Positions 37,148-46,870 of a stretch of 64,000 nucleotides of DNA are shown here, in pieces (the stretch's first letter is position 1; each line of letters starts with the position of its first letter). Location of the stretch: contig CAVOUB010000004.1 in NCBI GenBank assembly GCA_963699495.1, forward strand, positions 4,865 through 68,864, in the 5' to 3' direction. The notes below the pieces were generated by a model that was not told where the DNA came from, searched no databases, and worked only from the letters and a program-made list of their open reading frames with translations. Origin of the DNA: an uncultured Actinomycetes bacterium (GTDB lineage: Bacteria > Actinomycetota > Thermoleophilia > Gaiellales > Gaiellaceae). Position numbers and translations under genes: made by a program.

Positions 37148-38338
37148 TTACGTGACGAGCCGCCGCACCGTCCGCGCGAGCACGCGCGAGCCGAGCTCGC
37201 ACTGCTCGGGCGCCGAGAACTCGTCCGGCGTGTGGCTGAGGCCGCCGCGGCTCGGGACGAAGAGCATCGCCGCGGGGACGTGGTGCGCCAGCACCATCGC
37301 GTCGTGCCCGGCTCCGCTCGGCAGCCGCAGCGTGCTCGCCCCCTCCTCGCTCGCAGCCTCCTCCAGAAGGTCCTGCAGCTCCGGATCGAGCGCCACCGGC
37401 TGCTTGCGGTGCGTCTCGCGGAGGTCGAGCCCGAGCTGCTCCTCTGCGGCGATCCGCTCCAGCGTCTCGCGCACGAACGCCTCCAGCCTCGCAAAGCCGT
37501 CCGCCGTCGGAGAGCGGACGTCGATCGTCAGCTCGGCGGCACCGGGGACGACGTTGAAGCCGCCGGGCTCCGCCGTGATGAAACCGACGTTCGCGGTCAT
37601 GTCGTCACGGGAGAGAGCCTCGTCGCGGAGGGCGAGCACGGCGCGGGCGGCGCCCGCGAGCGCGTCGCGGCGCAGCTCCATCGGCGTCGTGCCGGCGTGG
37701 TTGGCCTCGCCCAGGAAGCGGGCGCGGAAGCCGAGCATGCCGGTGATCGCCGTCACCACGCCGAGGTCGATCCCGGCCCGCTCCAGCACCGGCCCCTGCT
37801 CGATGTGGAGCTCGAGGTAGACGCCGACGCCGTCCAGCGCGCGGGCATCTGCGAGCCGCGCGAAGTCGAAGCCTGCCTCCGCCATCGCCTCCGGGACGCC
37901 CCTGGTGCTCCAGTCCTCCAGGTTGCAGTCGCCGCAGAACGCCCGGCTCCCCAGCATGCCCGTCTGGAAGCGCCCTCCCTCCTCGTCGTTGAAGGACACG
38001 ACCCAGAGCGGCCGCCGCGGCTCGACGCCCTCGGCCTTCAGCCGGCGGACGACGTCGAGCGCCGCGAGCACGCCGAGCGCGCCGTCGTAGCGACCCCCGT
38101 TCGGCACGGTGTCGAGGTGGGAGCCGACGAGCACCGCCTTCCCCTCCCCCGCCGGCCAGCGGCCGACGACGTTGCCGGCCTGGTCGAGCTCGGCCTGGAG
38201 CCCGAGCTCGGCGAGCCGCTCCATCAGCCAGTCGTTCGCCCGCGCGAGCTCCGGCGTCCAGGCGAAGCGGCTGACGCCGCCACGAGGGTCCGCTCCGATC
38301 GAGGCGGCGGCCTCGAGATCAGCCGTCAGCGACGACAC
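37148..38338 (-). CDS. M20-family Zn-dependent amidase (allantoate amidohydrolase / N-carbamoyl-amino-acid hydrolase type)
   Basis: GSHLDTVPNGGRYDGALGV, NDEEGGRF and PSGAGHDAM motifs. Confidence 0.85.
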   Translation of the reverse strand: MSSLTADLEAAASIGADPRGGVSRFAWTPELARANDWLMERLAELGLQAELDQAGNVVGRWPAGEGKAVLVGSHLDTVPNGGRYDGALGVLAALDVVRRLKAEGVEPRRPLWVVSFNDEEGGRFQTGMLGSRAFCGDCNLEDWSTRGVPEAMAEAGFDFARLADARALDGVGVYLELHIEQGPVLERAGIDLGVVTAITGMLGFRARFLGEANHAGTTPMELRRDALAGAARAVLALRDEALSRDDMTANVGFITAEPGGFNVVPGAAELTIDVRSPTADGFARLEAFVRETLERIAAEEQLGLDLRETHRKQPVALDPELQDLLEEAASEEGASTLRLPSGAGHDAMVLAHHVPAAMLFVPSRGGLSHTPDEFSAPEQCELGSRVLARTVRRLVT

Positions 38339-38918
38339 GCCGCCTCCGGTACCAGCGGTAGGCCTCGATCACGCCCGCGATCCCGAGGGCGACGGCGAAC
38401 GCGAGCAGGAACCCCTTGAGCGGGTTCTCCTCGAACGTGCGGCCGCCGACGTAGCCGAGCAACGTCGCATACGTCGCCCAGACGAGACCGGCCACCACGT
38501 CGAAGGCAAAGAAACGCCGCCACCGCATCTCCAGCATTCCACACGAGAACGTGACCGCCGTCCGCCCACCGGGGATGAAGCGCCCGATGATGATCAGGTA
38601 GCCGCCCCGCTCCTCGACCTGCCTGTGCGCCCAGTCCACCTGTTTCCGGCGCTCACCCCTGAAATAGCGGTCGACGATGCGGTGGCCGACCGTCCGTCCG
38701 AGCCAGTAGGAGATGTTGTCGCCGAGGATCGCGCCCGCGGCGGCGAAGAGGATCACGAACATGAGGACGAGGTCGCCCGTCGAGGCAAGGACGCCGGCCA
38801 GGATCACCGACGTCTCGCTCGGGACGAGCGGGATGACGGCGTCGAGCGCGGCGATGACGAAGAGGAAGAGATATGTCCAGGGCGAGCCCGAGACGTACTC
38901 GGTCAGCGACTCGAACAT
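38319..38918 (-). CDS. DedA-family membrane protein
   Basis: LDAVIPLVPSETSVILAG...GRFIPGGRT signature. Confidence 0.9.
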   Translation of the reverse strand: MFESLTEYVSGSPWTYLFLFVIAALDAVIPLVPSETSVILAGVLASTGDLVLMFVILFAAAGAILGDNISYWLGRTVGHRIVDRYFRGERRKQVDWAHRQVEERGGYLIIIGRFIPGGRTAVTFSCGMLEMRWRRFFAFDVVAGLVWATYATLLGYVGGRTFEENPLKGFLLAFAVALGIAGVIEAYRWYRRRRVVADG

Positions 38919-38930
38919 GCCTGCTACAGG

Positions 38931-39308
38931 TTAGTGCGAGTGCTCCGAGGGGAGCCCGAAGCGGCGGGCGGTTCCCTCCTCGGAGTCGAACTGGATGAGC
39001 ACTGCCTCCTCGTCGCCGACCACCCAGGCGTCGTGGCCCGGTTCGATGGTGACGACCTGCGGCGCGACGAAGTCGAAGGTGCAGCCGTCCGCGTACTCCC
39101 CCTGGATGTGGCCTCGGGCGAGGAAGCCGATGTGGGCGTGCATGCACTGCTCGCTGCCGACCGCCGCGCGCATGTGCGTCGACCAGCGGAACCCGGGCGG
39201 GTAGACCGCCCGCTTCACCCGGCCGTTCCCGGCCTTGACGGTGTCGACGGTCACGCCGCCCACCTCGCGGTGCTCGGCGCCCTCGATCGGCTCCAGCAGC
39301 GGATCCAT
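38931..39308 (-). CDS. cupin-domain protein
   Basis: 125-aa C-terminal part of the track ORF 38931..40262, from ATG 39308. Beta-rich, with an HAHIGF...G pattern. Confidence 0.65.
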   Translation of the reverse strand: MDPLLEPIEGAEHREVGGVTVDTVKAGNGRVKRAVYPPGFRWSTHMRAAVGSEQCMHAHIGFLARGHIQGEYADGCTFDFVAPQVVTIEPGHDAWVVGDEEAVLIQFDSEEGTARRFGLPSEHSH

Positions 39309-39313
39309 TCCGC

Positions 39314-40243
39314 CTATCGTAGATCCTCCAGGAGGTACTGCGTCTCCGTCCCTGCAGGCCGGTAGCCGAGGCTCCGGTTCAGGTGGAGCATGCCCGAGTT
39401 GTCCTGGTCGCTCTCGGTCAGGATGGCCGCGTAGCCCTGCTCGCGCGCCCAGGCGATGCTCATCAGCTTCGCCAGGCGCGCCAGCCCCCTGCGGCGATGG
39501 TCGCGGTGCGTCCCGGTCATCTCGTTCGCAGCCAGCCGTGATGCGGGGTCGACGTGGAGGAACGCGTACGCGACCGGCTTCCCGCCGGAGAGGACGACGA
39601 AGCTGCCCTCGCGGGAGAGCTGTGGGTGTCCGAGGGCCTCGGTGAGCCAATCCTCGAACCTGACGTCGTCCTCCGCGAAGGTTCCGGGGACGTCTGCGGT
39701 CGCCTCTGCGTCGACCGCGTACAGCTCCTCGGGACGGTCGACGACCGCCGCAAGCGGCACGACCTCGTAGCCCTCGCCCTCGCTCGCGGCGAGCAGGCGG
39801 TCCAGGGCGGAGAGATCCGCGGACGCCAGGTCCAGCTGGAGGATCTCCTGGGTGCGGGTCGGCCGGAAGCCCCGCGCGACCAGAAAGCGGCCGCCCTCCT
39901 CGCCGGTCGTCCAGGATCCGAGCACACGGGCGCCGGCCCCCAGGAGATGGGCATGCGCCGAGTCGTACAACGCCGCGCCCAGCCCTCGCCGTCGAAGGCG
40001 CGGGACGACGAACGCCCACACCTCGCCGACGCCTTCGGCGCTCGTCGCCCACCGGAGCCGTGCGCGCACCCAGCCGGCGACTTCGCCCTCCTCCTCTGCG
40101 GTCCAGACGGCGACGTGCGCGCGCTCGGGCTGGCTCGTCAGCCAGTGCCGGATCCCGGCGCCTGTCACGGCCTGCGGGATCCGGTCCTCGTCGAGCAGCT
40201 CCGCGAGCAGATCGGCGTCCTCCGGGCGGAAGGCACGGATCAC
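39314..40243 (-). CDS. tandem GNAT-domain acetyltransferase
   Basis: Two acetyl-CoA-binding motifs (RLRRRGLGAALY and HRRRGLARLAK). GTG 40243 overlaps the upstream stop as GTGA. Confidence 0.8.
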   Translation of the reverse strand: MIRAFRPEDADLLAELLDEDRIPQAVTGAGIRHWLTSQPERAHVAVWTAEEEGEVAGWVRARLRWATSAEGVGEVWAFVVPRLRRRGLGAALYDSAHAHLLGAGARVLGSWTTGEEGGRFLVARGFRPTRTQEILQLDLASADLSALDRLLAASEGEGYEVVPLAAVVDRPEELYAVDAEATADVPGTFAEDDVRFEDWLTEALGHPQLSREGSFVVLSGGKPVAYAFLHVDPASRLAANEMTGTHRDHRRRGLARLAKLMSIAWAREQGYAAILTESDQDNSGMLHLNRSLGYRPAGTETQYLLEDLR

Positions 40244-41343
40244 GCGAGCCGCTCCGCCGCAAAGGGGCCTGGGTCGCCGGAGACCAGCCGCCGCGCGATC
40301 CCCGGAGCGGTGATCATCCCGATCGAGGACAGGCCGCCGATCACCTGGAGCCCGTCGATGCCGCCCACGGGCCCGACGACGGGCAATCCGTCGGGCGTCA
40401 TGGCACGCCGGCCCGACCACGAGGCGACGACCGGCACGTCCGCAAGGCGCGGAGCGACTCGAACGGCGCGCTCGGCGAGTCGGCGGACCGTGGCCTGACC
40501 CTCGGCCTCCTCGAGGAGCGAGCGCCCGAGCGACGTCCCGATCAGGCAGTGCCCGGCCGGCCGCCCGCCGAGAAGGAGCGAGACCAGCGGGGGCTCGTCG
40601 GCGACGCCGGCGGCGACCTCGGCGAGCGTCGGGTCGGCCGAGCGTGGGCCCATCTCCTCCTGCTCGGGCCAGGCAGCCTGCTCGATCGCATAGCGCGGCG
40701 GCGGCTCGACCTTCCCCGTCTCGAGCAGCCAGCCGCGCGACGAGGAGACCGGCAGGTCGGCGCCGGCCGTGCGGAGGAGGAAGCGGAGCCGCGGGCCCGC
40801 AGCGACGACGACACGGCCTGCGCGCACGACGCCCCCGTCGGTCGCGAGTCCCTCGACCCGCCCTCCGGCGACCAGGATCCGCTTGGCCTCGCAGGCAAGC
40901 GCGAAGCGGGCGCCGGCACGGCGCGCCGACTCGGCGGCGGCGACGGTCGCGCTCATGGCGTCGAGCGTGACACCGCCCTCGACGACGAAGCCGCCGGCGA
41001 GGTCGTCGGCGAGCCAGGGGTCGTCGCGCAGGTCGACCTCCTCCCCACCGACGGCCTCCGCGTAGGCGCGGGCGTGGGCCAGCTCCGCCTCCTCGACGGC
41101 GAGGATCAGCATGGGCCACTCGCACAGGTCGAGCGGCACCGCCCCGGCGGCCTCGAGCTCGCGGTACCAGGCGACGGCCTCGTCGAGAAGCTCGTTGATC
41201 CACGGCGCCGGCTGGCGGAAGAGAAAGCCGCCGTTCCGGCCCGAGGCGCCGGACCCGATGCCGCCGCGATCGACGACGAGAACGCTCTCGCCCGCCTCCG
41301 CAAGGAGGCGGGCCGCCGCGCAGCCGGCGATGCCGGCTCCCAC
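40240..41343 (-). CDS. FAD-dependent oxidoreductase (DAO family: glycine/D-amino-acid or sarcosine-oxidase-like); the start probably lies upstream of 41343
   Basis: Dinucleotide-binding GAGIAGCAAARLLAEAGESVLVVD. The beta1 strand DAVVV is encoded in frame just upstream of the GTG used by the ORF track. Confidence 0.85.
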   Translation of the reverse strand: MGAGIAGCAAARLLAEAGESVLVVDRGGIGSGASGRNGGFLFRQPAPWINELLDEAVAWYRELEAAGAVPLDLCEWPMLILAVEEAELAHARAYAEAVGGEEVDLRDDPWLADDLAGGFVVEGGVTLDAMSATVAAAESARRAGARFALACEAKRILVAGGRVEGLATDGGVVRAGRVVVAAGPRLRFLLRTAGADLPVSSSRGWLLETGKVEPPPRYAIEQAAWPEQEEMGPRSADPTLAEVAAGVADEPPLVSLLLGGRPAGHCLIGTSLGRSLLEEAEGQATVRRLAERAVRVAPRLADVPVVASWSGRRAMTPDGLPVVGPVGGIDGLQVIGGLSSIGMITAPGIARRLVSGDPGPFAAERLA

Positions 41344-41363
41344 GACGACGGCGTCAGCCGAAC

Positions 41364-41585
41364 CTAGCCCTCCGTCGACTCCGAGCCCCTGGAGCGCCGC
41401 TTGCGCCAGAACACGATCCCGCCGACCGCGGCCCCGGCGGCCGCGGTCGCCGCAGCGACCCGGCCGATCAGCTTCTTCCGCCTGGTGGACTCGGCTTGCT
41501 GCTGCTGGCGCAGCTTCCGCTTCGCCAACGGCTTGCCGAGGGTGTAGACCCCGTAGCCGATGAGTGCCTTCCGCCTGTTGAGCAT
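41364..41585 (-). CDS. small basic protein with one TM, hypothetical
   Basis: 73-aa ORF immediately downstream of lpdA, with K/R-rich ends and an AAATAAAGAAVGGIVFW hydrophobic core. Confidence 0.4.
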   Translation of the reverse strand: MLNRRKALIGYGVYTLGKPLAKRKLRQQQQAESTRRKKLIGRVAAATAAAGAAVGGIVFWRKRRSRGSESTEG

Positions 41586-41598
41586 GGCCCTCCTTTTC

Positions 41599-43002
41599 CT
41601 AGGCTTTCGCGGCGGCGCGCTTGCGGTTTGGGATGTGGATGGCCCGCCCGAGCGCCACGAGACCGGCTTCCTTGATCGCCTCCGAGAGGGTGGGATGCGG
41701 AGCCATTCCGTCCGCGACCGTCTCCACCGTGGCCTCGGCGTCGAGCGCCACCACGCCGGCCTCGATCAGGTCGGTGACGTGCGGCCCGACCATGACGAGC
41801 CCGAGCAGCTCGCCGTAGCGGGACTCGTGGATCGACTTCACCCAGCCGACGGTCTCGTTCTGCATCATCGCCCGCCCGTTTGCCGAGAACGGGAAGGAGC
41901 CCACGACAACCTCGTCGCCGTACTGCTCCCGCGCCTCGCGCTCGGTCAGGCCGACGCCGGCGATCTCGGGGTCGGTGTAGATCGGGCGCGGAACGCCGCG
42001 GTTGTCGACGACCGCGTCGTGGCCGGTGGCGTTCTCCGCCGCGACCTCACCCTCGCGAAACGCGGTGTGCGCGAGCTGCCAGTAGCCGGCGCAGTCGCCC
42101 ACGGCGTAGATGTGCGGGACGGTGGTGCGGCGCCGCTCGTCCGCGGCGATGCCCTTGCGGGGGTCGAGCTCGACGCCGATCGCCTCGAGGCCGAGCTCCT
42201 GCGTGACGGGCCCGCGGCCGGTGGCGACGAGCATGAGGTCGCAGTCGACGGCCTGGCCGCCGAAGCGGACGGTCAGCCCGGCGGCGGTCTCCTCGATCCG
42301 GTCGCACTGCGACTCGAGGTGGACGGCGATACCGCGCTTCTTGAACTGCTTCAGCAGCTCCTTGGCCGCGTCGTCGTCCTCCTGGGGGATGAGCGTGGGC
42401 AGCATCTCGACGATCGTGACCTCGCTCCCGAAGCGCTGGAAGATGGAGGCAAACTCGCAGCCGATGATCCCGCCGCCCAGGATGACGAGCCGCCTCGGCA
42501 CCTCGGTCTGGTTGAGGAGCCCCGTCGAGTCGACGCAGCGCGCGGAGCCGATTCCGTCGATCGGCGGGCGCAGCGGATAGGAGCCGGTCGCGACGATCGC
42601 GCTCTTGAAGGTGACGTCCTCTCCGCCCTCGACGGCGATCGTGTTCGCATCCTTGAAGCGGCCGGTGCCACGCACCCACTCGACGCCGTTGGCGTTGAAG
42701 AGGGTGGCGACGCCGCCAGTGAGCTTGTCGACGACCGACGCCTTCCACTCGTTGGACTTGGCGAAGTCGAGCTCCGGGGCGCCGACGTTGACGCCGAGCT
42801 TGGCGAACGTCTCCTCGGCCTCCTTCAGGGCGAAGGCGGTCTGCACCCAGGCCTTGGTCGGAATGCAGCCGATGCGCAGGCACGTGCCGCCCAGGCGCTC
42901 TTCCTTCTCGATGCAGGCGGTCTTGGCACCGAGCTGTGCGGCCCGGATCGCGGCCGAGTAGCCGCCCGGACCGCCGCCCAGGACGGCGACGTCGAATTCC
43001 AT
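41599..43002 (-). CDS. lpdA: dihydrolipoyl dehydrogenase (E3)
   Basis: GGGPGGYSAAIRAAQLG, redox-active GGTCLRIGCIPTK, and C-terminal HPTLSE. Confidence 0.95.
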   Translation of the reverse strand: MEFDVAVLGGGPGGYSAAIRAAQLGAKTACIEKEERLGGTCLRIGCIPTKAWVQTAFALKEAEETFAKLGVNVGAPELDFAKSNEWKASVVDKLTGGVATLFNANGVEWVRGTGRFKDANTIAVEGGEDVTFKSAIVATGSYPLRPPIDGIGSARCVDSTGLLNQTEVPRRLVILGGGIIGCEFASIFQRFGSEVTIVEMLPTLIPQEDDDAAKELLKQFKKRGIAVHLESQCDRIEETAAGLTVRFGGQAVDCDLMLVATGRGPVTQELGLEAIGVELDPRKGIAADERRRTTVPHIYAVGDCAGYWQLAHTAFREGEVAAENATGHDAVVDNRGVPRPIYTDPEIAGVGLTEREAREQYGDEVVVGSFPFSANGRAMMQNETVGWVKSIHESRYGELLGLVMVGPHVTDLIEAGVVALDAEATVETVADGMAPHPTLSEAIKEAGLVALGRAIHIPNRKRAAAKA

Positions 43003-43300
43003 GATCTGGCCCTTTCCGTTCGGTTCGCGTTCCTAACCGCGATCCTATCCGGGGAAAGGCGCTGGCCGGAGGCCGTTAAGACGGGAGGGCGGCCCCTGTG
43101 CCGCCCTCGCCGTGAACCCGGGGTTGAATCCGGTTCGGACGAGGTAACGACCGGCGCGGGCACCGAGGCGATCCCTCGAATGGGTGACGGCAGCCCTCGG
43201 CGGGCCCCGCTTCAGTCGGCTTCGAGGCAGAGGTCGAAGCCTGCCGGCGCGCGTGGACATCGGCCCGGTGGCCTGACGACGACTGCCCGCTCGAGCCCCG

Positions 43301-43627
43301 CTAGAGGTCCTGCGAGAGCTGGAGGCGGTTGCCGTCCGGGTCGAAGACGTCCAAGAGCCGGATCGTCCCCGGGATCTCCACCACGGTCCCCACGCGGACG
43401 CCCGCGCCGCGAAGCCGCTCCGCCTCGGCCTTCACGTCCGGGACGTCGAGGGTCAGGATCGCCTCCTCCCGCTCCGGATCGCCCTCCGCGATCGCGACCT
43501 CGGCGGTGCCTCGAGTGAGCCTGGCCCAGCGGTCCGCCTGGTCGACGTAGGCTTCGTCGAAGCCCAGCTTCTGCCGGTAGAACACCCGCGCCGCCTCCAG
43601 GTCCTTGACGCGGTACCAGATGCCCAT
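43301..43627 (-). CDS. VOC/glyoxalase-family protein
   Basis: MGIWYRVKDLEAARVFYRQKLGF...FDPDGNRLQL. Only the last 108 aa of the track ORF 43301..44968 look coding. Confidence 0.8.
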   Translation of the reverse strand: MGIWYRVKDLEAARVFYRQKLGFDEAYVDQADRWARLTRGTAEVAIAEGDPEREEAILTLDVPDVKAEAERLRGAGVRVGTVVEIPGTIRLLDVFDPDGNRLQLSQDL

Positions 43628-43635
43628 CGGCGCAG

Positions 43636-44859
43636 CTACAGGGCCAGGCCCGGCTCTTCGAGGAACTGCTTGACCGTGCGCAGGAACTCGGACGCGGTTG
43701 CACCGTCGACCGTGCGGTGGTCGCACGTCAGCGTCAGCTCCAGAACCGGCCGCGCCGCGAGCTCGCCGTCCCGCGCTACAGCGCGCTCCTCGATCGCGCC
43801 GACGGCGAGGATGGCCGCCTGCGGCGGGTTGAGGACGGCGACGAAGCGCTCGACCCCGTACATGCCGAGGTTGGAGATCGTGAACGTGCCCCCTTCGAGA
43901 TCCTCCTGGCGGAGCCGGCCCTCCCGCGTGCGGGCGACGAGGTCGGCGCGCTCGTTCGCGAGCTGCGGGATCGTCTTCGTCTCGCAGCTCCGCAGCACGG
44001 GGACGAGCAGGCCGTTGGGGACGGCGACGGCGATGCCGACGTTCGCGGTCGGGATCAGGTGGATCTCGTCGCCGGCGAAGAGCGCGTTGACCGCGCGATG
44101 GCGCAGCAGGGCGACCGCGCAGACCTTCGTGAGGATGTCGGAGTACGTCGGCTTCGCATCGCCTTCTCCCATCCGCGCGACCAGGCCCTCGCGGAGGCGG
44201 ATCGCCGCGCTCATGTCGGCGGTCATGGCGATCTGGAAGGCCGGCGCCTCCCAGGCCTCGCTCATCCGGCGCGCGATCGTCTTGCGCATCCCCGTGAGCG
44301 GGATCACCTCGATCTCGCCCGGTGGCGGAGCTGCGGCCGCCTGGGGAGGGGCAGCGGGCGCCGCGGATGCCTCCGCGCGCTCGACGTCCTCGGCGACGAT
44401 GCGGCCCTCGGGCCCGGTGCCGCGCAGAGCGGAGAGGTCGATGCCGCGCTCCCGTGCAATCCTCCTCGCGAGCGGCGAGGCCTTCACGCGCCCGCCGTTC
44501 TCGCTTCTCGCCGCGGGCTGCTCCTCCGGCGCGGGCGCAGGCGCGGGCCGCGCGGGCGGCTCGGCTGCCCCGGCGGGCGGCTCGGCCTTCGGTTCCGGCA
44601 CTGCGTCCGGCACGTCCTCGCCGGGCTCGCCGATGACGGCGATCGCCTTGCCGACCTCGATCTCCTCGCCCTCGCCGGCCAGGATCCTGAGCAGGACGCC
44701 CGAGGACTCTGCTTCGACCTCCTGCGTCACCTTCTCGGTATCGAGCTCGTAGAGCGGCTCCCCCTTCTCGACCGGGTCGCCCTCGGACTTGAGCCAGCGC
44801 ACGATCGTCCCGGACTCCATGCCCTGGCCGAGCCGCGGGAGCGTGACCTGGCTGGACAA
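43636..44859 (-). CDS. 2-oxoacid dehydrogenase E2 (dihydrolipoamide acyltransferase)
   Basis: Lipoyl domain (ELDTEKVTQEVEA), E3-binding domain (ASPLARRIARERGIDL) and catalytic DHRTVDGA. A TTG start at 44859 is inferred. Confidence 0.9.
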   Translation of the reverse strand: MSSQVTLPRLGQGMESGTIVRWLKSEGDPVEKGEPLYELDTEKVTQEVEAESSGVLLRILAGEGEEIEVGKAIAVIGEPGEDVPDAVPEPKAEPPAGAAEPPARPAPAPAPEEQPAARSENGGRVKASPLARRIARERGIDLSALRGTGPEGRIVAEDVERAEASAAPAAPPQAAAAPPPGEIEVIPLTGMRKTIARRMSEAWEAPAFQIAMTADMSAAIRLREGLVARMGEGDAKPTYSDILTKVCAVALLRHRAVNALFAGDEIHLIPTANVGIAVAVPNGLLVPVLRSCETKTIPQLANERADLVARTREGRLRQEDLEGGTFTISNLGMYGVERFVAVLNPPQAAILAVGAIEERAVARDGELAARPVLELTLTCDHRTVDGATASEFLRTVKQFLEEPGLAL

Positions 44860-44861
44860 AG

Positions 44862-45842
44862 CTAGCTCCGCTCGACGGTGCGCTTGACCGCGGCGAGCAC
44901 GTCCTCGGCGTGCGGGATGACGTACTGCTCCATGACCGGCGCGAACGGGACGGGCGAGAACTTGGCACCGACGCGCTCCACGGGCGCGTCGAGGTAGTCG
45001 AAGGCGCCGTGCTGGACGACGGCGGCGATCTCCGCGCCGAAGCCCATGCGCACGACGGCCTCGTGGGCGACGACGCAGCGAGTCGTCTTGCGCACGGAGC
45101 CGACGATCGCCTCCTCGTCGAGCGGGAGGAGCGTGCGCGGGTCGACGACCTCCACGGAGATCCCCTCGGACTCGGCCGCCTCCGCCGCCTTCAGCGCCTC
45201 GTGGACGAGGCGGCCGGTGGCGACGACGGTCACGTCCCCGCCCTCGCGGTGTACCCGCGCCTTGCCGAGCTCGATGCCGTCGATCTCGTCCGGCACCTGA
45301 CCCTTGATGTTGTAGAGCGTCCGGTGCTCGAAGAAGACCACCGGGTTGTCGTCGTAGATCGAGCTCCAGAGGAGACCGCGCGCGTCCTCGGGCGTCGAGG
45401 CGAACACGACCTTGATGCCGGGGACGTGCACGAACCACGCCTCGAGCTGCTGCGCGTGCTGCGCGCCCGGCGACCAGCCTGCGCCCCCCTGCGTCCGCAG
45501 CGTGAGCGGCACCTTGATCTGGCCGCCCGACATGTAGCGGTGCTTGGCGGCCTGCTGGACGAGCTGCTCCATCGCCAGCGTCATGAAGTCCTGGTACATG
45601 ATCTCGACGATCGGGCGCATGCCGGACACGGCCGCCCCGATCCCCGCGCCGACGATCGCCATCTCGGAGATCGGCGTGTTGCGCACGCGGTCGGGCCCGA
45701 ACTCGTCGAGCATCCCCTGCGTGACTCCCATCGAGCCGCCCATCTCGGCGATGTCCTCGCCCATGACGAAGACGTCCTGGTCGCGCCGCATGGCCTCGCT
45801 CATCGCGTCGCGGACGGCCTCTCTGTAGGTCATCGTCGCCAT
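44862..45842 (-). CDS. 2-oxoacid dehydrogenase E1 beta subunit
   Basis: VFVMGEDI...RVRNTPISEMAIVGAGIGAA pattern. Confidence 0.95.
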   Translation of the reverse strand: MATMTYREAVRDAMSEAMRRDQDVFVMGEDIAEMGGSMGVTQGMLDEFGPDRVRNTPISEMAIVGAGIGAAVSGMRPIVEIMYQDFMTLAMEQLVQQAAKHRYMSGGQIKVPLTLRTQGGAGWSPGAQHAQQLEAWFVHVPGIKVVFASTPEDARGLLWSSIYDDNPVVFFEHRTLYNIKGQVPDEIDGIELGKARVHREGGDVTVVATGRLVHEALKAAEAAESEGISVEVVDPRTLLPLDEEAIVGSVRKTTRCVVAHEAVVRMGFGAEIAAVVQHGAFDYLDAPVERVGAKFSPVPFAPVMEQYVIPHAEDVLAAVKRTVERS

Positions 45843-45850
45843 TGTCAGTC

Positions 45851-46825
45851 CTAGGCGTACACGTTCTTCAGAGCGTCTTCCGGCTTCGGGTCGGTGCCCC
45901 TCTTCGCAAACTCGACGGAGTCCTCGGCGATGCGCGTCGCCTCGGCGTCCATCTCCTCGTACTCCTCGGCCGGGAGCTCGAGGCGCGCGCGCAAGAGCTC
46001 GATCGGGTCCCGGGCCTTGCGCAGCTCGAGAATCTCCTCCTTGGGGCGGTAGACCTGGGGGTCGCCGACGTAGTGGCCCGAGAGGCGGACGCAGTCGGCG
46101 ACGACGAAGACCGGCCCCTTGCCGTCGCGTGCGTGCTTGAGCGCCTTCTTCGCCGTCTCGTAGACGGCCTCGACGTCCTGGCCGTCGACGGCCATCGACG
46201 TCATGCCGAAGGCCTCGGCCCGCTTCGTCATGTCCTCGAGGGGCAGGTGCTGCCTGGCGGGAGTCGACTCCGCGTAGTGGTTGTTCTCGCAGACGAAGAC
46301 CGCCGGCACGGTCCAGAGCTGCGCGAGGTTGAGCGATTCGTGGAACGTGCCGATGTTCGTCGCGCCGTCGCCGAAGAAGGCGACCGCTACGCGCGGCTCG
46401 CCGCGCATCTTGAAGGCGAGCCCGGCGCCGACGATGCCCGGGAGGCCCCCTCCCACGACCGCGTTCGCGCCCATGTTCCCGCGCTCGACGTCATAGAGGT
46501 GCATGGAGCCGCCGTAGCCGTGGCTGCAGCCCTCGACCTTGCCGTAGAGCTCCGCCATGACCTCGTTCGGATGCGTGCCCTTGGCGATCGTGTGCCCGTG
46601 CGCGCGGTGGGTCGACGCGATCACGTCGCTCTCCTCGAGCGCGCGGCAGACGCCCACCGCGACGGCCTCCTGGCCGATGGCGACGTGGAGAAAGCCGGGG
46701 AGCTCGCCCGCTCGGAAGCGCTCCTCCACCTTCTCCTCGAACCGGCGGATCAGCAGCATCTCCCGAAGGAAGTCCTTCAGGCGCTCGGTCGGCACTGCCT
46801 GCCCCTTTTCCTCGAGGGTTGCCAC
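45851..46825 (-). CDS. 2-oxoacid dehydrogenase E1 alpha subunit (TPP-dependent)
   Basis: THRAHGH and the TPP motif GDGATNIGTFHESLNLA...VCENN. Confidence 0.95.
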   Translation of the reverse strand: MATLEEKGQAVPTERLKDFLREMLLIRRFEEKVEERFRAGELPGFLHVAIGQEAVAVGVCRALEESDVIASTHRAHGHTIAKGTHPNEVMAELYGKVEGCSHGYGGSMHLYDVERGNMGANAVVGGGLPGIVGAGLAFKMRGEPRVAVAFFGDGATNIGTFHESLNLAQLWTVPAVFVCENNHYAESTPARQHLPLEDMTKRAEAFGMTSMAVDGQDVEAVYETAKKALKHARDGKGPVFVVADCVRLSGHYVGDPQVYRPKEEILELRKARDPIELLRARLELPAEEYEEMDAEATRIAEDSVEFAKRGTDPKPEDALKNVYA

Positions 46826-46870
46826 GGCGCCGACAAGCTAGCAAAGCGGGCGCAATACAATGGCTTCCCG

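Noticed and set aside
43003-43300. Possible SRP RNA, ydaO/c-di-AMP riboswitch or tRNA-like element (GGGGTTGAATCCGG, GTGAACCC strings)
   Set aside because: The diagnostic cores are absent: GGAAGGAAGCAGC for SRP, paired ACGGGGA/CCCA-type segments in the right order and strand for ydaO, and a cloverleaf for tRNA. The plus-strand orientation also has no downstream gene to regulate.
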